The position numbers and the translations under genes were made by a program. The notes beneath the pieces are model-generated. The model did not search any database. It saw nothing but the letters and a program-made list of their open reading frames with translations, and had not been told where the DNA came from. Shown here piece after piece: positions 9,216-16,506 of a stretch of 64,000 nucleotides of DNA. Each line of letters starts with the position of its first letter. The stretch's first letter is position 1. Source of the DNA: Methylococcaceae bacterium (GTDB lineage: Bacteria > Pseudomonadota > Gammaproteobacteria > Methylococcales > Methylococcaceae); the NCBI GenBank assembly GCA_044350805.1, contig JBILGU010000010.1, forward strand, positions 8,842 to 72,841, read 5' to 3'.

Positions 9216-9604
9216 TGAGTCGCTGTTGGACGGGCCTCAAGGCGACGAAGTCCGATTTCGATCCCGCAGGTTTCGCAGTAGCCGTAATCGCCACGTTCCA
9301 GGTTTTGCATGGACTCGTCGATCTTCTTGATCAACTTGCGTTCCCGGTCACGTGTCCTGAGCTCGAGGCTGAATTCCGATTCTTGGGTCGCGCGGTCATT
9401 CGGGTCAGGAAAATTGGCCGCTTCATCCTGCATGTGATGGACCGTTCGATCCACTTCACTCATGAGTTCGTTTTTCCAGTTCCCGAGAATGCGGCGGAAA
9501 TGCTCCACCTGCCCCTCGCTCATGTACTCTTCCCCATCCCTTGGCTGATACGGCTCGAAGGTGAAGGGATTGGAATGGTTCCCAGTTGTCTTACTACCAG
9601 ACAT
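9164..9604 (-). CDS. dksA: RNA polymerase-binding transcription factor DksA
   Basis: 146 aa with a coiled-coil region containing the acidic tip ([13 protein letters not shown]) and the C4 zinc finger [25 protein letters not shown]. Confidence 0.95.
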   Translation of the reverse strand: [146 protein letters not shown]

Positions 9605-9718
9605 GCTTTCAGTTCCTTACCGCTTTCGAAGAAATCCTGCAAGTATAGGGGTAAAACGTTTCCTTGGAAATCATCATTAACAACTGCCCGTGAATCGGCG
9701 CGTTATGAGGGAAAGTAT

Positions 9719-10891
9719 TTGCGAAACAGAGAGATAAGTCTTGGGGTTAGGGCGAAGCAGGTTTCCCCCTTCAAGGTCATGGAAATTCTGGAGCGTGCGC
9801 GCGGTCACGAGGCTGCCGGTCGCGATATCGTCCACATGGAAATCGGTGAGCCCGATTTTCCGACGCCCCCTGCGATTGTTGCCGCCGCACAGCAACATCT
9901 TGCCGGGGGGTGTCCTCTCGGCTACACGCCGGCCGGTGGCTTACCGGCCCTGAGGCAGGCCATTTCGATGGATTACGGGGAGCGATATGGGAAAGCCCCC
10001 GATCCTCGAAGAATTTTTCTCACCCCGGGGGCCTCTGGGGCTCTTTCCTTGGTATTGGGTCTTTTGGTGGATGCCGATGATGAGGTGCTGCTCGCGGATC
10101 CTGGCTACCCGTGCTACCCCAATTTCATTCTTCTGGCGGGGGGGATTCCAAGGGCGCTGCCGGTAGATAGCGAAACGGGATTCAACCTGACGCCATCACA
10201 GATTGCCGCCTCTTGGATGGCCTCGACCCGAGGCATTCTCTTGGCATCCCCATCCAATCCCACCGGGACCGTCATGCCGCAGACCACCTTTCAACAGGTC
10301 ATTGAGACCGTTGAGGAGCGGGGGGGCTACGTCATCTCAGATGAGATCTACCATGGCCTTGAATATGGGGAACGGGCGGTGTCTGCTTTGGCGTTTTCGG
10401 ACCAGGCCTTTGTGATCAACAGTTTTTCCAAATACTTTGGGATGACAGGTTGGCGTTTGGGTTGGGCCGTTGTTCCTGAGTGGGCGGTCGAAGCGGCGGA
10501 ACGTCTTTCGCAGAATCTCTTTATTTCTGCGCCAACACTCTCTCAATACGCCGCGCTCGCATCTTTTTCCAAGGAAAACCGGGGAGAGCTTGAACGGCGA
10601 CGGTTAGCTTTCTCGGAGCGGCGAGAGGTTCTGCTTCAGGGGTTGACCGATTTAGGGTTTGGTCTTTTTGCCCGAGCCGATGGGGCCTTTTACGTGTATG
10701 CCGACTCATCCCCTTTTGCGTCGAACAGTGAGGTGTTCGCTCGAGAGCTTCTGGATCAGGCGGGGGTCGCCTTGACCCCGGGGACCGACTTTGGCATCCA
10801 TGGCGCGCAAACTCATGTTCGTTTTGCCTACACGGCTTCCATCCCAAGGATTGAAGAGGCACTGGATCGCATTCGACATTTTCTTCGTTGA
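9719..10891 (+). CDS. PLP-dependent aminotransferase, class I/II (AspC/AlaT-like)
   Basis: IVHMEIGEPDFPTPP, SPSNPTG, DEIYHGLEY, and the PLP-lysine block NSFSKYFGMTGWRLGW. The listed ORF (from 9083) runs antisense through gluQ/dksA. I place the start at TTG 9719; ATG 9779 is the alternative. Confidence 0.85.
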   Translation: MRNREISLGVRAKQVSPFKVMEILERARGHEAAGRDIVHMEIGEPDFPTPPAIVAAAQQHLAGGCPLGYTPAGGLPALRQAISMDYGERYGKAPDPRRIFLTPGASGALSLVLGLLVDADDEVLLADPGYPCYPNFILLAGGIPRALPVDSETGFNLTPSQIAASWMASTRGILLASPSNPTGTVMPQTTFQQVIETVEERGGYVISDEIYHGLEYGERAVSALAFSDQAFVINSFSKYFGMTGWRLGWAVVPEWAVEAAERLSQNLFISAPTLSQYAALASFSKENRGELERRRLAFSERREVLLQGLTDLGFGLFARADGAFYVYADSSPFASNSEVFARELLDQAGVALTPGTDFGIHGAQTHVRFAYTASIPRIEEALDRIRHFLR

Positions 10892-10944
10892 TTTCGCTTG
10901 GCATACTGAGCGCATTTTTAGGGTCCAACAGAGTAGTAAGCATC

Positions 10945-11415
10945 ATGCAAATCGTTTGTTCCAATCGGTCTATCGCCTCCCTTGTGCTCGTGATTTCGGT
11001 CTTGATGAGTGGCTGTCAGGGAATGAATCGTGACGATGGCAAAGCCGCCGAAGCGGGAAAAGCCTTTCTCGCAGAGAATGCTGGAAAGCCCGGGGTGATG
11101 ACGACCGCTTCAGGCCTTCAATATCAGGTCTTGCAGGAAGGTCAGGGGCGTCAGCCCGGTCCAACTGACATGGTGCGCGTGAACTACGCTGGAAGCCTTG
11201 TCGATGGTCGCGAGTTTGATCGGGGAGAGGGCATTGAATTCCCTCTGAACCGGGTCATTCCGGGATGGACCGAGGGCCTTCAGCTGATGAAGGAAGGAGG
11301 GAAAACCCGCTTTTTCATTCCTTCGGACCTGGCCTATGGGGAACGTGGGGCGGGCAGTGCCATTCCGCCGAACGCAGCCTTGGTTTTCGAGGTGGAACTG
11401 ATCCAAGTCAAGTAA
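10945..11415 (+). CDS. FKBP-type peptidyl-prolyl cis-trans isomerase, lipoprotein
   Basis: Lipobox VLMSGCQG, followed by an FKBP domain GLQYQVLQEGQG..VRVNYAGSLVDGREFD..FPLNRVIPGWTEGLQLMKEGGK..IPSDLAYGERG..IPPNAALVFEVELI. Confidence 0.9.
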   Translation: MQIVCSNRSIASLVLVISVLMSGCQGMNRDDGKAAEAGKAFLAENAGKPGVMTTASGLQYQVLQEGQGRQPGPTDMVRVNYAGSLVDGREFDRGEGIEFPLNRVIPGWTEGLQLMKEGGKTRFFIPSDLAYGERGAGSAIPPNAALVFEVELIQVK

Positions 11416-11436
11416 TCGACGGAAAGCCGAAAAGCG

Positions 11437-11823
11437 CTAATCTGCAATCAGTTTTTCGACCGCCTGGGTTGCAGACTCGCAGGCTGGAGCGGCCTCGACG
11501 AGCTTCATCTTGAGCTGGAGGCCAATGTTCTGGCCTGAAAGTGTTTCTGTGACCACCTCGTTCAGGGGTTCGCAGACCGTCACCATGTGCTTTTCGGCAA
11601 AGGTCAGATCCTTGTATGACCCGCTGGACCGCTCGGTTCGGTCGGAAGCGTTCTCGATCAATTCAGCCATGACCTGGTTGTGGTAGCGAAAAACATGTTC
11701 CACATACTTTGCAAATTCTTCCTGCGTCATGGTGACTTCTTCGCCTGTACTTTTCCGCGTCGTTACGGTCGTACAGGAGGATAGAAATGCGAGAAGGAGG
11801 AAAAGAGTGAGATGTCGAATCAC
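11437..11823 (-). CDS. Hypothetical lipoprotein
   Basis: With GTG 11823 the product starts VIRHLTLFLLLAFLSSCTT (signal peptide plus lipobox). The longer ORF (to 11925) overlaps lplT. I recognise no family. Confidence 0.5.
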   Translation of the reverse strand: MIRHLTLFLLLAFLSSCTTVTTRKSTGEEVTMTQEEFAKYVEHVFRYHNQVMAELIENASDRTERSSGSYKDLTFAEKHMVTVCEPLNEVVTETLSGQNIGLQLKMKLVEAAPACESATQAVEKLIAD

Positions 11824-11858
11824 AGCAAAGAGAGGTTTCGATTGAAGTGGAACGGAGC

Positions 11859-13046
11859 TTACACCTTCGAGGGTGAAGCGGGCCCAGGCTCCTGCCGCTT
11901 GGGAAAAAACCTTGACAAGATCCAAGTTGAAAGGACCACCAGCCCTCCAAGGAAGAGGATGGCCTTAACGGCAGTAATCCCCTGAGCGGCACTCCAAGAG
12001 TAAAGCCCCATCCCGAGGAGAATGGCACTGTTCTGGAAAAAATTTTGGGCGGCTACCGCGCGGCCGCTGCCAATGGAGTGATGACCGATTTCCTGAACAG
12101 AGGCGTTCAAAGGCACGACAATCATGCCGCCGAAAATGCCGATACCGAGGAGCAGGATTTCCGCATGCAGAGTCTGTGTGACGGATGCCATCAGGATAAA
12201 CAGAAGCCCCATCAGATAAGCCGCAAATCGGGTCCGACGGACACGGTTCAGGGGAATCAGGCGAGGGACGATCGCGGCGCCGATGACGATACCGATGGCC
12301 ATGAAAAAGGTCAGATTTGCGATGGCACTGGCCGAATCGGCATGCAGGACCTCAGGCGCCCAGGCGACCAGGACGACACGCAAGGTCGCAGCGATCGACC
12401 AAAAGAGGCTGAGGGCAATCAGGATGAGACGAGTCTTGGTATCGAACACGAGGTGTTTCAATGACACCAAAAGTTCACCCCAGGCGGACGTTTTTCCCTC
12501 CAGCAGTTTCACCGGGCTCCGGGGCAGGAAAAGGGTCGCAAGTCCCGAGGTAAAGTACAGTGCGATGACCATGGCGAGAGCCGCGGGGATCGAATAATCG
12601 GCCAGTCTCGCGCCACCCACCGTGCCGGTCAGAATGGCAGCGATGGTTGCTCCCTCCACCCAGCCATTGGCACGAACCAGCTGATCCTGCGCACTGAGAT
12701 CCGGAATGATGCCGTATTTGGCAGGTCCATAGGATGCGGCGCCAATACCAATGACGGCATACCCGAGCAGAGGTTCGATTCCGAAAGCAATCGCCAAAGC
12801 CCCCAGCGCCTTGATCAGATTGGCGCCCAGCAGGACCAAAGGTTTGGGTTGTCGATCCGCCAATCGCCCTACCCAGGGCGTCAACAGAATGAATGCCAGA
12901 ATGAATGCGCTCTGAAGAGCAGGGATATACCAGCTTTCGCGCCCGCCTTCCTGAAGGGTCAGGGCAATCACGGTAAAAAGAATCGCGTTGTCGCCAAATG
13001 CCGACAAAAACTGAGCACCGATGAGGGTTTGAAGGCTTCGGTTCAT
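11859..13046 (-). CDS. lplT: MFS lysophospholipid transporter
   Basis: 12-TM MFS profile (LIGAQFLSAFGDNAILF..) placed immediately downstream of aas with an ATGA overlap (13043-13046), as in the enterobacterial aas-lplT pair. Confidence 0.8.
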   Translation of the reverse strand: MNRSLQTLIGAQFLSAFGDNAILFTVIALTLQEGGRESWYIPALQSAFILAFILLTPWVGRLADRQPKPLVLLGANLIKALGALAIAFGIEPLLGYAVIGIGAASYGPAKYGIIPDLSAQDQLVRANGWVEGATIAAILTGTVGGARLADYSIPAALAMVIALYFTSGLATLFLPRSPVKLLEGKTSAWGELLVSLKHLVFDTKTRLILIALSLFWSIAATLRVVLVAWAPEVLHADSASAIANLTFFMAIGIVIGAAIVPRLIPLNRVRRTRFAAYLMGLLFILMASVTQTLHAEILLLGIGIFGGMIVVPLNASVQEIGHHSIGSGRAVAAQNFFQNSAILLGMGLYSWSAAQGITAVKAILFLGGLVVLSTWILSRFFPKRQEPGPASPSKV

Positions 13047-15199
13047 TCGGTCAGGGTCTCGTTCACCAGACGTTGAAGGGCGGGGTAATCCACTTTGCCG
13101 GATCCCAGCAATGGGATTTCCTTGGTATGCAGAATTTCTCGTGGGGTATAAAGCTCGCTGAAACCGAGCGTTTGCGCACCCTTCAGGAATTCACTGCGTT
13201 CCACCTCGCGCTGCTGTGTCACAAGAATGATTTTTTCGCCCTTCTTTTCATCGCTCAGCGTCACCGCTGCATGCAGGGTGCCTGGCCAGACCCTGGCCGC
13301 GATATCTTCAACGGCGGTGAGGGAGACCATTTCACCGCCAATTTTGGCAAAGCGTTTGACACGACCGCAGATTGTCACAAAGCCGTGATCATCGACTCTG
13401 ACAATGTCTCCGGTGTCATACCAGCCCAATCCGAAGCGGGATTGAGGCGGTTCAAGATGCCCGGGCTTTTGGGGTCTGAGATAGCCCAGCATGATGTTGG
13501 GTCCAGCAACATGCAGGCGGCCGCCTTCTGAGACGCCTTCGACCTCTTCCAACTGCCAGTCAATGCCCGGCATAAAGCGGCCCACGGTCCCTTCCTGATA
13601 AAACATGGGTGTATTGGCGGCAAGAATCGGGGACGTTTCGGTCGTGCCATAGCCTTCCAGTACCCTGATGCCAAATTTATCTACCCAGAGGCGGCGGGTG
13701 TCATCCTGAAGCTTCTCGGCACCGGCAAAGACATAGCGAACACTATAAAAATCATAGGGATGGGCATACTTGGCATAGCCTGCGAGAAAGGTGTTGGTGC
13801 CAAAGAGAATGGTCGCATTCAGATCGTAGGCGATTTCCGGAATGATTCGATAATGGAGCGGTGAGGGATAGAGGAAGGTTTTCATGCCGTAAAAGAGGGG
13901 GAGCAGCGTCCCCGCGGTCAGGCCGAAGGCATGGAACATCGGCAGGGCATTGAGGATGGTGTCTTGGGCGTTAAGGTCCAGTCGGGCGGCCAGCTGCTCC
14001 CGATTGGCCAGCAGATTGGCATGAGAGAGGACAACCCCTTTGGGTTCGCCTTCTGATCCTGATGTGAACAAAACGACTGCCGGGCGATGCGAGTATTTGG
14101 GGTCTAGATCACGATACCAAAAGGAAGTGGTCAAAGAGCCCAAGAGCGCCCTGAGTTTATCGCCGCTGCGAATGGTGTCTGCGATATCCTCGAGAAAGAG
14201 GATGTTGACCTCATCCCTCAGAGCTTCAACAGTCGATTCAAGCTTGCCATTGATCACAAAGCGGCGGGAGGTGATAAACGTCCTGATCTGCGCCGTTTTG
14301 ATGGCTGAGGCGATGTTGCGGGAGCCGGCGCTGAAATTCAGCATGGCAGGAACCCGGCCATAGACTTGAAGCCCCAGAAAGACGGCTACGGTGGTATTGG
14401 TGTTGGGAAGGAAGAGCCCAACGTGCTCTCCGCGGGTGGTGATCTGTTCGAGCTTTCGGCCGAGTGCCAGCGTTTGGGCAATCAGACTGTTATAGCTCAT
14501 GGGTTTGCGCCTGATGTCCTCCAGGACCTTGTGGCCCCCGCCATGGATTCTTCGGGCATCTAGCAGGGCTGCAAACAAGGTTCGCTCATGGTGTCCCGTT
14601 TCGAACATCATGTCGCTCATGATGTCAGTGAGCATGATTCCCATGCGATGCCTGCGATCATGTGGATCGGCATCGGCGCGGTGCATGATGTTGCGAGGCG
14701 GCAAAATATTCAGTGTGATGGGCGGAAACCATCGCAGACGAACAATGCCATGCATGCGGGAAACGGGCGTGTATTGGGCGCCGTCAATACGGATGGGCAA
14801 GATGGCGGCCCCGGAATGTTCGGCAACCACCGCTGCACCGTCATAGACTTTCATCAGGGCGCCAGTGACGGTGATCCGTCCTTCTGGAAAGATGACCGCT
14901 TTCTGGTTTTCCTTAATGTAATGTGTCAGCGACTTGATCGAGAGCGGTTGCAAGGGATCCATGGGGAACACCCGAGCAACCCTAAGGGCAGGTTGGACCC
15001 ACCACTGGCGAGCGATCTCCGTATTGATCGCAAACGTGACATCGTCGGGCAGGAAAGCCCAGAGCAGGATGGGGTCAAGGTACGACGTATGGTTGGAGAC
15101 GATCAGGACTCTGTCGCCTGCCTGCTGGTAATGCTCTAACCCAGTGACTTTCACCCGGAATAGAAGCATCAGAAGCCAACGGAGGAGTTTTTTGACCAT
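13043..15199 (-). CDS. aas: Bifunctional 2-acylglycerophosphoethanolamine acyltransferase / acyl-ACP synthetase
   Basis: N-terminal PlsC-type acyltransferase (VSNHTSYLDP, FPEGRIT) fused to an AMP-binding module (LFTSGSEGEPKGVVLSH, EGYGTTE, YDTGDIV). ATG 15199 (MVKKLLRWLLMLLFRVKVTG) matches the usual N-terminus. The ORF is open to 15280. Confidence 0.9.
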   Translation of the reverse strand: MVKKLLRWLLMLLFRVKVTGLEHYQQAGDRVLIVSNHTSYLDPILLWAFLPDDVTFAINTEIARQWWVQPALRVARVFPMDPLQPLSIKSLTHYIKENQKAVIFPEGRITVTGALMKVYDGAAVVAEHSGAAILPIRIDGAQYTPVSRMHGIVRLRWFPPITLNILPPRNIMHRADADPHDRRHRMGIMLTDIMSDMMFETGHHERTLFAALLDARRIHGGGHKVLEDIRRKPMSYNSLIAQTLALGRKLEQITTRGEHVGLFLPNTNTTVAVFLGLQVYGRVPAMLNFSAGSRNIASAIKTAQIRTFITSRRFVINGKLESTVEALRDEVNILFLEDIADTIRSGDKLRALLGSLTTSFWYRDLDPKYSHRPAVVLFTSGSEGEPKGVVLSHANLLANREQLAARLDLNAQDTILNALPMFHAFGLTAGTLLPLFYGMKTFLYPSPLHYRIIPEIAYDLNATILFGTNTFLAGYAKYAHPYDFYSVRYVFAGAEKLQDDTRRLWVDKFGIRVLEGYGTTETSPILAANTPMFYQEGTVGRFMPGIDWQLEEVEGVSEGGRLHVAGPNIMLGYLRPQKPGHLEPPQSRFGLGWYDTGDIVRVDDHGFVTICGRVKRFAKIGGEMVSLTAVEDIAARVWPGTLHAAVTLSDEKKGEKIILVTQQREVERSEFLKGAQTLGFSELYTPREILHTKEIPLLGSGKVDYPALQRLVNETLTE

Positions 15200-15429
15200 G
15201 GGGGTAAGCCGTTGACGCTCGATTTCAAGCGAGGTCGTTGCACATGGATGAGGCGTCATAGCCTCAGGGCAAGAGGCCATCGGATATTCGGCAAAAGGCT
15301 AGGAACGTTCCACCGATCCGATAAGCTGGGCCATCTTAGCCTACCTTGAGGGACGATGCTACGCGTCAATTCACGAAGGTTTGAGAGAAAGGCATGGGAG
15401 CGTTTTCACCCCACCGAAGGGAAACCGGA

Positions 15430-16506
15430 ATGCACAGATGGAGTCGCCTATTTTTGCGATTCGGATGCTTATCGATGGTTTTTTTTGCTCTTGGGGGCTG
15501 TTCAGCCCGTGTTAAACCGGAGCAGCCACATCTGCGTTTAGAGCCGCATTTGGCTTCGGCCCATTTTCTCTCCCCGGACGGGCGGGTCATTCCTGTTCGA
15601 ACCTATTTGCCGCCCCATGGCGGGATGGGGTCCATCGTGGTGGCGCTCCATGGCTTTAACGATTACAGCCGGGCCTTTTCTTCAGTGGGTTCCTATTTCG
15701 CAGACCAAGGTATCGGGTTGATTGCCTATGATCAGCGGGGATTTGGTCTTTCGGATGGGCCGGGGCTTTGGGCAGGATTGGCATCTTATGGCGAAGACCT
15801 CGAGCTGATCGTTCGGGCAGTCAAAGATCGTTACCCGGGAGTCCCGGTTTTTCTTCTAGGGGAAAGCATGGGAGCCGCTGTCGTCATCACCGCACTTGAA
15901 AAAAATGCTGCGCTTTTGGTGGATGGCGTGATTTTGTCGGCCCCTGCCGTGTGGTCGAGAGAGACGATGCCCTGGTATCAGTCATTGATCCTCGATCTGG
16001 CGGCGGCGACCTTGCCTGAGGTTCGGCTGACCGGGAGCGGTCTCAGAGTTCAGGCGTCTGACAATCTGGAGATGTTACGGGGGTTGGGCCGCGACCCATG
16101 GGTCATCAAGGCAACGCGGATTGATGCGATTCAAGGGCTTGCCGATCTGATGGATGCAGCGCAGCTCGGGGTCGATCAGGTCAAGGCGCCTGTGTTGATG
16201 CTTTATGGCGGCAAAGACGAGATCATTCCCGCTGCCCCGGTGCAACGCCTCTGGAAGCGGGTTGCAGGTAAGCCAGGGGTGCGAGCGGCATACTATCCCG
16301 CCGGCTTTCATCTGCTTTTGCGGGATCTAAAGGCCTCCATTCCACTCAGCGATGTGGTTGGCTGGATCAAAGATCGAAGGGCCCCCTTGGTCTCGGGCTG
16401 TGAGTTGTATCCCCCGCAAGGGATTAAGGCGGCGCGGTTTCAAGTGAGCGAGGCATGTCTTTCCGGTCGAGCGGTTTCAGAGCACTCGAGCGTGGCTCCA
16501 GATTGA
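15430..16506 (+). CDS. Alpha/beta-hydrolase lipoprotein (lysophospholipase / monoacylglycerol-lipase-like)
   Basis: Lipobox FFALGGCS, the HGFNDYS oxyanion-region block, and the nucleophile elbow GESMGA. ATG 15430 is preferred over ATG 15394. Confidence 0.8.
   Translation: MHRWSRLFLRFGCLSMVFFALGGCSARVKPEQPHLRLEPHLASAHFLSPDGRVIPVRTYLPPHGGMGSIVVALHGFNDYSRAFSSVGSYFADQGIGLIAYDQRGFGLSDGPGLWAGLASYGEDLELIVRAVKDRYPGVPVFLLGESMGAAVVITALEKNAALLVDGVILSAPAVWSRETMPWYQSLILDLAAATLPEVRLTGSGLRVQASDNLEMLRGLGRDPWVIKATRIDAIQGLADLMDAAQLGVDQVKAPVLMLYGGKDEIIPAAPVQRLWKRVAGKPGVRAAYYPAGFHLLLRDLKASIPLSDVVGWIKDRRAPLVSGCELYPPQGIKAARFQVSEACLSGRAVSEHSSVAPD

Noticed and set aside
9083-9718. N-terminal 212-codon extension of the aminotransferase ORF
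   Set aside because: It runs antisense through gluQ and dksA and has no aminotransferase similarity. Conserved sequence begins about codon 215, so the start was moved to TTG 9719 or ATG 9779.
12045-12464. 139-aa + strand ORF (and 12283-12597)
   Set aside because: Antisense to lplT, with no supporting features.
14588-15139. 183-aa + strand ORF (also 14499-14846 and 13073-13531)
   Set aside because: Antisense shadow ORFs within aas.
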